Shown: one piece after another, positions 45,065 through 56,415 of the stretch
Layout of the letters: each line of letters starts with the position of its first letter
Position numbering within the stretch: position 1 is the first letter of the stretch
Assembly: GCF_009914755.1 (NCBI RefSeq)
Contig: NC_060929.1
Length of the DNA: 64,000 bases
Direction: 5' to 3' (one strand)
From: the human T2T-CHM13v2.0 reference genome, Homo sapiens
The notes under the pieces: generated by a model
Seen by the model: only the letters and a program-made list of their open reading frames with translations
What the model was told of the DNA's origin: nothing
The model's database searches: none
Program-made: the position numbers and the translations under genes

Positions 45065-46084
45065 ATTTGGCATGTTTTTGCAGTGGCTGGTACCTTTCCA
45101 TGTTTAGTGTTCCTTTCCATGTTTAGTGCTTCCTTCAGGAGCTCTTTTAGGGCAGGCCTGGTGGTGACAAAATCTCTCAGCATTTGCTTGTCTGTAAAGG
45201 ATTTTATTTCTCCTTCACTTATGAAGCTCAATTTGGCTGGATATGAAATTCTGGGTTGAAAATTCTTTTCTTTAAGAATGTTGAATATTGGCCCCCACTC
45301 TCTTCTGGCTTGTAGAGTTTCTGCTGAGAGATCAGCTGTTAGTCTGATGGGCTTCCCTTTGTGGGTAACCCGACCTTTCTCTTTGGCTGCCCTTAACATT
45401 TTTTCCTTCATTTCGACTTTGGTGAATCTGTCAATTATGTGTCTTGGAGTTGCTCTTCTCAAGGAGTATGTTTATGGCATTCTTTGTATTTCCTGAATTT
45501 GAATGTTGGCCTGCCTTCTAGATTGGGGAAGTTCTCCTGGATAATATCCTGCAGAGTGTTTTCCAACTTGGTTCCATTCTCCCTGTCACTTTCAGGTACA
45601 CCGATTAGACGTAGATTTGGTCTTTTCACATAGTCCCATATTTCTTGGAGGCTTTGTTTGTTTATTTTTATTATTTTTTCTCTAAACTTCTCTTCACACT
45701 TCATTTCATTCATTTCTTCTTCCATTGCTGATACCCTTTCTTCCAGTTGATCGCATCGGTTACTGAGGCTCATGCATTCATCACGTAGTTCTTGTGCCGT
45801 GGTTTTCAGCTCCATCAGGTCCTTTAAGGACTTCTCTGCATTTGTTATCCTAGCTATCCATTCGTCTAATTTTTTTCAAAGTTTTTAACTTCTTTGCCAT
45901 TGGTTCAAACTTCCTCCTTTAGCTAGGAGTAGTTTGATCTTCTGAAGCCTTCTTCTCTCAACTCATCAAAGTCATTCTCTGTCCAGCTTTTTTCCGTTGC
46001 TGGTGAGGAGCTGTGTTCCTTTGGAGGAGGAGAGGTGCTCTGATTTTTAGAGTTTCCAGTTTTTCTGCTCTGTTTTTTCCCCAT
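45065..46084 (-). pseudogene. L1 ORF1, disrupted
   Basis: MGKKQSRKTGNSK start; EIWDYVKRPNLRLIGVPE; QPRISYPAKLSF; split across three ORFs. Confidence 0.95.
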
Positions 46085-46665
46085 CTTTGTGGTTCTATCT
46101 ACCTTTGGTCTTTGATGATGGTGACATACAGATGGTAACATAGAGATGGTGTGGATGTCCTTTCTGTTTGTTAGTTTTCCTTCTAACAGTCAGGACCCTC
46201 AGCTGCAGGTCTGTTGGAGTTTACTGGAGGTCCACTCCAGACCCTGTTTGCCTGGGTATCAGCAGCGGTGGCTGCAGAACAGCAGATATTGGTGAACCAT
46301 AAATGCTGCTGCCTGATCGTTCCTCTGGAAATTTTGTCTCAGAGGAGTACCCGGCCATGTGAGGTGTCAGTCCACCCCTACTGGGGGGTGCCTCCCAGTT
46401 AGGCTACTCAGGGGTCAGGGACCCACTTGAGGAGGCAGTCTGCCCCTTCTCAGATCTCAAGCTGAGTGCTGGGAGAACCACTACTCTCTTCAAAGCTGTC
46501 AGACAGGGACATTTAAGTCTGCAGAGGTTATTGCTGTCTTTTGTTTGTCTGTGCCCTGCCCCCAGAGGTGGAGCCTACAGAGGCAGGCAGGCCTCCTTGA
46601 GCTGTGGTGGGATCCAACCAGTTCGAGCTTCCAGGCCACTTTGTTTACCTACTCAAGCCTGAGCA

Positions 46666-46992
46666 ATGGCACGTGCCCCTCCCCCATCCTCGCAGCTGCC
46701 TTGCAGTTTGATCTCAGACTGCTGTGCTAGCAATGAGCGAGGCTCCATGGGCATAGGACCCTCCAAGCCATGTGCGGGATATAATCTCCTGGTGTGCCGT
46801 TTGTTAAGCCCATTGGAAAAGTGCAGTATTAGGGTGGGAGTGACCCAATTTTCCAGGTGCCGTCTGTCACCCCTTTCTTTGACTAGGAAAGGGAATTCCC
46901 TGACCCCTTGCACTTCCTGGGTGAGGCGGTGCCTCGCTCTGCTCCGGTTCATGCACGGTGAGCTGCACCCACTGTCCAGCACTCCCCAGTGA
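46666..46992 (+). CDS. L1 ORF0 homologue (antisense 5'UTR ORF), open for 108 aa; expression unknown
   Basis: MARAPPPSSQLPCSLISDCCASNERGSMGIGPSKP...IRVGVTQFSRC aligns to ORF0 MAGAPPPASLPPCSLISDCCASNQRDSVGVGPSEP...IRVGVTRFSRC. Confidence 0.6.
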   Translation: MARAPPPSSQLPCSLISDCCASNERGSMGIGPSKPCAGYNLLVCRLLSPLEKCSIRVGVTQFSRCRLSPLSLTRKGNSLTPCTSWVRRCLALLRFMHGELHPLSSTPQ

Positions 46993-47648
46993 GATGAACC
47001 TGGTACCTCAGTTGGAAATGCAGAAATCAACCGTCTTCTGTGTCACTCACACTGGTAGCTGTAGACTGGAGCTGTTCCTATTCAGCCATCTTGGCTCCAC
47101 CCCCGCTGAACATATTGCCTTTTACTTATACCTAAACTTGAAATCTCCTCTAGCCCCACCTGTTGAAATCTTACATATCCTTCAATCTTTTTCAGGAAAA
47201 AAAAGAAATGCCTTCTTCATGAGACTTCATGACCTCCCTGCCAGCAGCATTTTCTCATGTCTCTGAATTCCTACAGTTCCTTATTTATGCCCTCTCAAGG
47301 CACTTAGCACACTGTTGGCCATTGTTATCATTTGTATATCTGTCCACAGCTTTGTTCTTTCTATCTTTCTACTACTAAAGCTCTTTGACAGCAAGAACAA
47401 TGTTTCATTCATCTGTGCATCCATTTTAACAGTAGTTATTCAAAACTAGTTGTGGGATAATTGCATGGAAAAAATTGAATGAATATATAAGTTTTTTAGG
47501 AAAGAGATTCTATAGTAATTTCAGCCTGGAATTAGAAGTGTAAGCAGAAGTGCAGTTAATGAATTTGCTAATTCTCTTTCCCTGTTGGAGACACTCATCA
47601 ACATTTGTTCTTTACTACAACATATACTTTATAGTCTCACCCCCCCCC

Positions 47649-47840
47649 TTTTTTTTTTTCTGTTGGCTCACTGCAAGCTCTGCCTCCTGGGTTCACGCCA
47701 TTCTCCTGCCTCAGCCTCTCTGAGTAGCTGGGACTACAGGCACCCGCCACGATGCCTGGCTAATTTTTTGTATTTTTAGTAGAGACGGGGTTTCACTGTG
47801 GTCTCAATCTCCTGACCTCGTGATCCGCCCACCTCGGCCT
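47649..47840 (-). mobile_element. AluY with 12-bp left-arm deletion (AluYd-like), 5'-truncated and with a 3' internal deletion
   Basis: TTTCACTGTG|GTCTCAATCTCC lacks TTAGCCAGGATG; TSD TCTCACCCC..TTTT. Confidence 0.8.
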
Positions 47841-48459
47841 TCTCACCCCTTTTTAAAGCTCATCTACTTTGCCTCACTTTCTGCATAAGTAATAACAAAA
47901 AACAAAACAAGATAGAAATAAGTAAAAGCCATTAAATACCTACAACTTTAGTATTTATAAGGTGGGCCATTGTATTCAGTGCAGATCTAGATAGCTCAGG
48001 AAGCTGGACTAACACTGGCTTCATAAAATCAAGAAAATGGGTTGGTTTCTTTATAGACTGATTGCCCCAAAGGACTCTTTCTCTTTTTCAGGTGTTAAGA
48101 TGCAAAGGTGCCTTTACTTACACAATACATGTTTTACTAATAGGGAATTTTTTCATCTATGACAGTGCAAACAGACTCTCAATGTCCTGTCCTCTGAATC
48201 AGAGGGTAGAGAATTAGTACCCATGCAAACTGAGGAGAAAAAGAGTTATATTTGACAACAAGAGCCAAGTCATGTGTGCTCTGCCAAGAATGCTGCAGCC
48301 CCAACCCACCTCATTTCACTGCAGCCCTCGAACCTTTCACCACTTTGTCCTCCTGGCTACCTATTCATACCTCTTACCAAATAACTTACTTCTAGTTTGT
48401 AATGCCTGCACAAAGGGGCAAAAGTAGGACAAATCACTGCTTGCCTAGACTTGATCACT

Positions 48460-48637
48460 GTCTTACAAATCCCACAGATGTTCTGGGGACCACCTGTATC
48501 AGAATCACCTGGGGTGCTTATTTGAAATGCAAGTCTCCAGGTTCTGAACCAGACCCTCTGGAGAAGGGTCTAGGGTATCTGCATTTTAAGTAAGCACTCT
48601 GGGTTATTATTATGACACTAAAGTTTAAGAACCATTG
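48460..48637. mobile_element. MER5-type hAT-Charlie element
   Basis: TCAGAATCACCTGGGGTGCTT...ATCTGCATTTTAA...AAAGTTTAAGAACCATTG. Confidence 0.75.
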
Positions 48638-49620
48638 CTCAAAAAAAGGAGCATTCCTACAAATTTATCATTGTTTACCCTGACAATTTCAAAGAGAGGA
48701 GAAATTCATTTAGACATGTGGCCAAAAAAAAAAAAATCATTCAAAATCTAACATAATAGTAATGTTTGCTTAAAACAAAACTTACCCAAAAACTGAGTAC
48801 TAAACTCATCATGAGAAAACACCATCAAGCATATAAGTGTTTCAGGGAACATAATTGTAGATGAGAATGCTGAAGAATGAGGCACAAACCCTGCACCATC
48901 TGGACTGCTTCGAGCTACTCTCCCTTGCACGGAGCACATGTCTGTGAACTCATGCTGACTCTTTTCATTGTAGCCAAACTTTCTCAGTGTAAAGCGTGTC
49001 TAGGTAAGACAGTATTTCAGTCTGTATCACTCTTTTAGTTTTTCCAGAATCTTGTAGAGGAAATGAAGTGCTACCTCATGCAAGATGCTGCAGGACTCTA
49101 ACCAAAGGGCTGGAAATCTGTGCAAGGGCCTTTGATGAAATAAAACTGGGTGTTAATGGCTGCTCACTGTGACCTGTAAGTCATTCTCAGCTCCTCTCAC
49201 TCTCAAGGTTATTTCAGGGAGGTAAAAATGACTACCAAGTCCAAAACCAAAATTAGGTAGGCATGGAAAAGAAAGCAAAAAAAGCACATTCCATGCTATG
49301 TTCTAATATGATATTCACCTTATAAGCAAAGGCCAGATCCTATAGAATAAGATTAAAATGCATGATCATTTTCTCATAAAATTTAAAAATCTTTTCCACT
49401 ATAAATAGCAACATTGTTAACATTTTTAAGAACAGGAAAGGTTAAAAACAAAAAACACTCACAATATCATCAATGCCTCACAATCACTGTTAGTATTTTG
49501 GTACATTTTGTTCCAGACTTCTTTCATCAGCATATTTTACAAAATCAATCATTTGAGCATCCTCTGTGATTACCACTGGTTTACGTATTATTTTATCAGC
49601 AGTATTGTTACATGTTAAAT

Positions 49621-50302
49621 TGTGTCCGGAATTGGTTCCTTCTGGTAGGTTCTTGGTCTCGCTGACTTCAAGAATGAAGCCGCAGACCCTCACAGTGAGT
49701 GTTACAGTTCTTAAAGATGGTGTGTCTGGAGTTTGTTCCTTCAGATGTTTAGATGTCTCCAGAGTTTCTTCCTTCCAGTGGGTTCGGGGTCTCACTGACT
49801 TCAGGAGTGAAGCCGCAGACCTTCGCAGTGAGTGTTACAGCTCTTAAAGTTGGCATGACCGGAGTTGTTTATTCCTCCCAGTGGGTTTGTGGTCTTGCTG
49901 ACTTCAGGAGTGAAGCTGCAGACCTTCACAGGGAGTGTTACAGCTCATAAAGGTAGTGCAGACCCAAAGAGTGAGCAGCAGCAAGATTTACTGTGAGGAG
50001 CAAAAGAACAAAGCTTCCACAGCATGGAAGGGGACCTGAGTGGGTTACTGCTGTGGGCTGGGGTGGCCAGCTTTTATTCTCTTATTTGGCCCCACCCACA
50101 TCCTGCTGACTGGTCCATTTTACAGAGCCCTGATTGGTCCATTTTACAGAGTGCTGATTGGTGCATTTTTACAGAGTGCGGATTGGTGCATTTACAATCC
50201 TTTAGCTAGGCACTGATTGGTGCATTTACAATCCTCTAGCTAGACAGAAAAGTTCTCCATGTCCCCACTCAACCCAGGAAGTCCAGCTGGCTTCACCTCT
50301 CA
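49621..50302 (-). mobile_element. LTR12-family 3' LTR
   Basis: TGAGAGGTGAAGCCAGCTGGACTTCC...TCCGGACACA; tandem CCAAT repeats in U3 and U5 repeats. Confidence 0.95.
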
Positions 50303-50429
50303 ATCCCCCCTCTAAACAGGACACTCCAACTGCTGTTGGGAATTGGGTGATGACTGCTCTAGCTACTTCCTGCTGGACAGGGGTGAAGAAAGGGCCCTGC
50401 AGTTGTAGTGTCCTCCAGAGGGGAACTCT

Positions 50430-50930
50430 TCAGGCCAGTGAAAGGGCCAGCAGGTCAGTCCAGGGATCCTCGGTAGAAGTTGTTGAGCTCATTTGGGGTT
50501 CCATTTGTAAGACCATCTGTAGCTTGATGGCCTCGATCCTAGAGGAAACAAATTTGACAGGGAGGTCAAAAATACAGGGCCTGAAGGAAAGTAATAGCAA
50601 GATGGCTGTCACAGGACCTAGAAAGAGGAGAAGCCATGTCACCCAATTCCAGAGGTTGGTATAAGAGTTTGAAAGGCATTGTGTGATTTCAGAAGCCTTT
50701 TCCTGTAAATGCCAGGTGACATCTTGTACTGTCTCTGACTGCTTAGTGTAAAAACAACACTCTTCCCCTAAGAAGGTGCAAAGTCCTCCTTTCTCAGCAG
50801 TAAGGAGTTCTAGGCCTTGGCGGTTTTGGAGAGCCACTGCTGCCAAAGAGTCTATTTGGGATTGTAGAGTAAGGATAGATTTCATTATTTTTTGCAAACT
50901 GTCTGAGAAATCCTTTGAGAGTGTGTGGTA
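50430..50930 (-). pseudogene. HERV9 env TM-subunit remnant
   Basis: LQNRQGLELLTAEKGGLCTFLGEECCFY (ISD plus CX6CC), TM helix, SSRIEAIKLQMVLQMEP tail. Confidence 0.9.
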
Positions 50931-50974
50931 GTAGGATAGTATATGTTACACTGTTAACTTTTAACAAACTTTAC

Positions 50975-51373
50975 TATTAGGCCTCTGAGCCCAAACTAAG
51001 CCATCATATCCCCTGTGACCTGCACATATACACCCAGATGGCCTTAAGTAACTGAAGAATCACAAAAGAAGTGAAAATGGCATGTTCCTGACTTAACTGA
51101 TAACATTACCTTGTGAAATTCCTTTACCTGGCTCATCCTGGCTCAAAAGCTCCCCCACTGAGCACCTTGTGAACCCCACCGCTGCCCACCAAAGAACAAC
51201 CTCCTTTGACTAATTTTCCTTTACCTACCCAAATCCTATAAAACGGCCCCACCCCTATCTCCCTTCACTGACTCTCTTTTCAGACTCAGCTCGCCTGCAC
51301 CCAGGTGAAATAAACAGCCTTGTTGCTCACACAAAGCCTGTTTGGTGGTCTCTTCACATGGATGCGAGTGAAA
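50975..51373 (+). mobile_element. LTR7-family (HERV-H) solo LTR nested in HERV9
   Basis: AGGCCTCTGAGCCCAAACTAAGCCATC...CCTATAAAACGGCCCC...TTTGGTGGTCTCTTCAC; perfect 5-bp TSD TTTAC. Confidence 0.93.
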
Positions 51374-51485
51374 TTTACTTTTGTTGAAAACTTTGTAAGT
51401 TGGGGATTTTAATTTTTCTTTTCTTAGAATCGGTATAGATGGCTCCTTCCTGATTCTGTAAGTACCTTAAGATTTGGCTGAGTGC

Positions 51486-51684
51486 TGCAAACTATTGCAA
51501 GGAACATCACACTCCGGGGACTGTTGTGGGGTGGGGGGAGGGGGGAGGGATAGCATTAGGAGACATACCTAATGCTAAATGACGAGTTAATGGGTGCAGT
51601 ACACCAACATGGCACATGTATACATATGTAACAAACCTGCACATTGTGCACATGTACCCTAAAACTTAAAGTATAATAAAAAAA
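51486..51684 (+). mobile_element. 5'-truncated L1PA3/4-like 3' end nested in HERV9
   Basis: L1 3'UTR G-tract and poly-A; perfect 17-bp TSD AAGATTTGGCTGAGTGC. Confidence 0.93.
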
Positions 51685-51699
51685 AAGATTTGGCTGAGT

Positions 51700-53590
51700 G
51701 CAAACAGCTACCACTTTAGAGCAGATCAATTATTAGGCAATTTTCCTAACTCTGCTTCTACAAGAGTTTCCTTATCACTTACTGAATGCCCATTGTGTCT
51801 TTTTCCCTTAATCACCTGGGAGGAACCATCTATCTTCCTGTCCTGAAGGGAGTTCCTCCTAGATCTGGTCGGACCTTTGTATGGTAATTAATTAAGATTT
51901 AGATCCCCTGTTAGGAAACCTGCTGGGTTAAGGATTTTTGATAGGAAGGCTATGGGTTGTCAGTGGCCTCAGTGCTTTCAGGCTACGCCCTTGTTTACAC
52001 TGACAACAAGGTGGTATTGGAGTGTTATAGTGTTATAGAGAATACCTTCAATTATCAATTATAGGTTTTAAATTTACCCTGGCTTTTAAAGGACTAGGGA
52101 ACACTGTTTTTTCTTTACTATTTCTATCTCTCTCTTTCTCTCTCTTTGACTTCTACTTTGTCTGTCTCTCTCTCTCTCTTTCTCTGTCTCCCTCTTTATC
52201 TCTTCCTCTCTTTCCTTTGACTTTCTGTCTCTCTGTCTCTTCCTCTCTCTGTCTCTCTCTTTGACTCCTTCTTTGTCTCTGTCTCTTCCTCTCTCTTTCC
52301 TTTCTGCTGGTCTTTCCCTGCCTCTGCCAGCCGCTTATGCTGCTGTTCTCCCCTCTCCTTCCCCTTTTTGATAGCTTTGGCAGTGTAAGACTGCCACCTC
52401 CTTGGGTTTTTGCACTGCATGCAATAACTCCATGATTTCCTTGTGGTATTTAATGGAGGTTCCCCCAGAGGTTAGGAACTCCCTTTCTTTTCATATTGCA
52501 GAATGGGCATGTAGGATTAGATAAGCATACTTGCTATCCGTATACACATTTATTCTTCTTCCCTTTCCCAGTTCTAAGGCTCGGGTAAGTGCCATTAGTT
52601 CTGCTAATTGGACACTGGTCCCTGGAGGAAGAGGCTTACTTTCAAGTATTGTTACTAACTACAGCATAACCTGCCCTTCGTATCCCAGTCTCCACAAACT
52701 TTCATTGGTATATAGGTTAAGGTCAGGATTAACTAAGGGGACTTCTAAGAGATCCTCTCGGGCAGCATAAGTTTGGACTATGATTTGTTGGCAGTCATGT
52801 TCAATTGGTTCCCCATCTTCTGGGAGAAAAGTGGCAGGGTTGAGGGCTGCACATGTGCATATTTGAAGCACCTGTCCCTCAAGGAGTAGCGCCTGGTATC
52901 TAAGTAGGTTATTGTCTGATAGCCATAAACTTCCATTGGCACCTAGTAAGCCATTTACATCATGAGTAGTCCAGACAGTTAGATCCTTTCCTTGAATTAT
53001 TTTGATAGCCTCTGGCACTAAGACAGCCACTGCTGCAACTACCTGTAAACAGTGAGGCCAGCCTTTTGCTACTACATCAATTTCCTTACTTAGGTATGCC
53101 ACTGGTATGGAGTTGTCCCATGAGTCTGAGTAAGGATTCCAAGAGCTATTCCTGCTCTCCCTGTGACATATAAAGAGAAGTTTTGTCCTGTGGGAAGGCT
53201 TAAGGCTGGAGCTTGAGTTTGTTGCTTCCAATGCCCAGACTTCAGGGTTGATTCCCTCCTCAAGCAGGGGACAAAAAATGGGTAACTTGTTCCCCATATT
53301 CATGTAGATAATAACTCCAGGTTTGGCTAATATGTCCCTGGGACTTTCAGGCATAACAAGAAAAGCATGTGAAAAGAGCAAAGTCTCCCAATTACAACTG
53401 AGGAGGCGGGAGAAATACCTGGCTACAGGCTGTCCCAGGATTCCTCGGATGGTAACGGACCTTGAGGACTGTCGTCCAGGACAGGAGATTAACACTGAGA
53501 AGGCCATGACAGTGTCCAGGAGGAAGTCAATTTCCTGGCCCTCAATGGTTAAATGTACCCAGGGCTCAGTGAGGGCGATGACATGAGCTG
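51700..53590 (-). pseudogene. HERV9 pro-pol remnant with RT core deleted
   Basis: PVAYLSKEIDVVAKGWPHCL, ALNPATFLP, RNase H region; INPEVWALE jumps directly to the connection region near 53225. Confidence 0.85.
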
Positions 53591-53629
53591 GCGCTTGCCC
53601 CAGGCACCCTCAGTCCTGTTGTTGGATCA

Positions 53630-55071
53630 TCTGGTTGGGGGCTTCTGGCCCAGAGAACCTTTGTCCTCTGGGGCAGTGTACCTTCCAGTGATTGCCTCAG
53701 CATAGTGGACATGGGTTAGGGGGCAGCTTATTTCTTGTTGGACAATCTTTTTTAAGATGTCCTTGCAAACCACACTGGTAACAAGCCCTATCAGGTAATT
53801 GGCCTGCTCCATTTTCTGTCCTCTCCAAACCACCAAGATGTGTTTGTCTGAGGGCCATGACTAAGGCTGCAGCCTTTCTCTGACCTCACTTTTCCTTTTT
53901 GGCCTGTTCCTCTTGGTCCCTATTATAGAACACCAAGGTTGCCAGGTTTAATAATGCCTCCAGATTTTGTTCAGGGCCCAGGGCTCACTTTTGGAGCTTT
54001 CTCCTGATATCTGTGACTGACTGGGTAATAAACTTATCTTTTAGGATCAATTGACCCTTGAGGGAGTCAGGTCACAGGGGAGTATATTTCCTTAAGGCCT
54101 CCCATAGCCACTCGAGGAAGGCAGAAGCATTTTCTTCCTTTCCCTGAGTTATGGTGGACATCATTAAATAATTTCATGGGCTTTTTCCTAATTCTTCTTA
54201 GTCCTTCTAGAACACAGGCCAACAGATGTTTGCGACTCCAGTCCTCATGATCTGAGTTGAGGTCCCAGTGGGGATCCATACTGGGGATGGCTTGCTGACT
54301 GGTAGGGAATGTGTCCCTTTCTTTGGCTGTCATTCTATCATTTACTTGACTAAGACACCAGGTATCTCCAAACTCTTGGGCTGCAGCTAAAGCCATATTC
54401 TTTTCATTAAAGGCCAGGGTTTGATCTAACAATAGCACGACATCTCTCCAAGAGAGATCAAAGGTTTGCCCTAGACCCTGTAGGACATCTATGTACCTAT
54501 CAGGATCATCTGAAAACCTGCCCAGGTCTACCTTGATCTGCTTTAAGTCAGAGAGGGAGAAGGGGACATGTACTCAGGTTGGGCCAAATTTCCCTCCCCC
54601 TACAGCTTGAAGGGGACATAACTGATAGCCTGGGGGGTTTTGTGGTCCTTTGGAGATTTCTTTGCTTATTTCCTTCTGGGTGGGGGAGATTAGAGGAGGC
54701 TTATCATTAATAGGAAGGGGAGCTACAGGGAGGCTAGGATATGGCAGCAAGCTGAGAGGTCCTCCTGTGGGATGTAAATTGCAAACTTTGCATAGTTGTG
54801 TATTCTCCTTCAATGAAAAGAAAGCTTGGACATAAGGTATTTCACTCCATTTGCCTTCCCTCTTACAAAAAAAGTCAAGCTGCAGGATAGTATTGTAATT
54901 TAAACTTCCCTCAGGTGGCCATTTTTCCCCATCAGAGAGAGAATACTGGGGCCAAGCTGTAGTGCAGAAAAAAATGAGCCACCTCTTTTTCAGGGTTTGT
55001 GGGTCAAATTGGTCCCAGTGGCTTAGGATGCACTTCAAGGGTGAGCCTGTTGATACCTGGGTGTTTCTCAT
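53630..55071 (-). pseudogene. HERV9 gag remnant
   Basis: [20 protein letters not shown]...[11 protein letters not shown]; CYQCGLQGHLKKDCP zinc knuckle; start reads MRN rather than MGN. Confidence 0.9.
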
Positions 55072-55120
55072 CTGAAAGACAAAACTGCCTGCGGTTTTGG
55101 TTTGTTTGTTTCTCCCCCAG

Positions 55121-55518
55121 CCCAAGAACCCACAAGGATCCCTGGACCCTGCTGATCAGAATAGTTGAGCTCACTGATGCAGCAGCAGAAACACCTCTTG
55201 CCCAAGAACCTGCAACGGTCCCTGGACCCTGCTGATCAGAATAGTTGTGCTCACTGACACAACAGCAGAAACTCCTCTTGCCCAAGAACCCACAACAGTC
55301 CCTGGACCCTGCTGATTGGAATAGTTGTACTCACCAACACAACAGCAGAAACACTAGTTTTCCTCCTAGACCACAAGGAGGACCAAGGAATGTCGGATTT
55401 AGTGGCCCTTACTGACACATTCTTGAAAACCTGCGCCCTTGCCTGTCCTCCTAGACCACAAAGAGGACCAAGAAAAATTGGATTTAGTGGCCCTAACTGA
55501 CACATTCTTGAAAACCTG
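55121..55518. repeat. HERV9 leader tandem repeats: three 80-bp units and two units of about 85 bp
   Basis: CCCAAGAACC..CCTGGACCCTGCTGAT units at 55121, 55201, 55281; TCCTCCTAGACCACAA units at 55361 and 55446. Confidence 0.85.
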
Positions 55519-56394
55519 TTAGAGTCCTAAGCATTCTCCTGTCAGTATTGGGACTTTACTCGTGTCCTATAAAGATGTTATGCCCCAAAAATGAAGTGGA
55601 GGGCCATACCCTGAGGGAGGGAAGGGATCTCCAGGGTTGGAAGAGTGACACCTTTTGTCCTCACTTGAATAGGAAGGATATCATTTCTGAAGCTCCCCAT
55701 ATCCTAGCTTCAGGAATAGTTTTTGTTAGGCCTGCTAGTCTGAGAAGGGATCCTAAAATTCCAGATAGTCCCCCGCTCCAGTGGGGCTTTGGGCAAAAAT
55801 TATGTCTTTCTGATTGGTGAGCCTGGGTGCCTAAAGAAGGTAACAGAGTCCTGAAGTTTATACTAGAAATCATTCTTATAGGAGAAACTAGAAAAGCACC
55901 AGAGACAGGGAGTGGTTTTTAGAAGCAGGACTAGCCTCAGAGAAAAGAGGCAAGAGGAAGTTTGTCTGACAGGTGCTAGGACCCAGGAGGCAAGGGTCAG
56001 GATAGATAGGATAGATAGGCGAGTCTCACTTGGGAGACATGACTTTGAGAGTTCCACTCATGGCCGCAGGGTCAACCAACTTGTTGTCAGGACCCCGGAG
56101 CTGAATGGCTTTCCTCTCTGTTGACCCTTGGCTCAGCCCAGAAGTACAAGAAAAGTGGAAGCTGGTTCCAGGCAAACCAACGCTCCCAACTCCGAAGAGT
56201 CGGGGGTTGTTAGAGAGCCCTTTCCCAGAAAGCCTGACACCCGTGTCTTTAGTCTGGCAGACGCACTAGTCGCTTTTAACTGGCTGAGAGATGCCAGGCA
56301 TTTAGCCCCCAAATTCTAAGGAAAAATAGGATAGAATAGCAAGCGAAAGGGGTCCAATGGTACTCACCACTTTGCCAAGCATCGATAGGCAATG

Positions 56395-56412
56395 GTACCT
56401 TTGTGGTCGCCA
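56395..56412 (-). promoter_or_regulatory. Primer-binding site (tRNA-Arg type); proviral splice donor GTG|GTGAGTA nearby at about 56361-56370
   Basis: TGGCGACCACAAAGGTAC just downstream of the 5' LTR. Confidence 0.8.
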
Positions 56413-56415
56413 AAA

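Noticed and set aside
52120-52370. CT-rich low-complexity tract in pol
   Set aside because: An AG-rich expansion here is, to my knowledge, typical of HERV9/W-group elements
55121-55357. Regularly spaced repeats resembling a CRISPR array
   Set aside because: Whole 80-bp units repeat with no unique spacers; this is HERV9 leader sequence in a eukaryote
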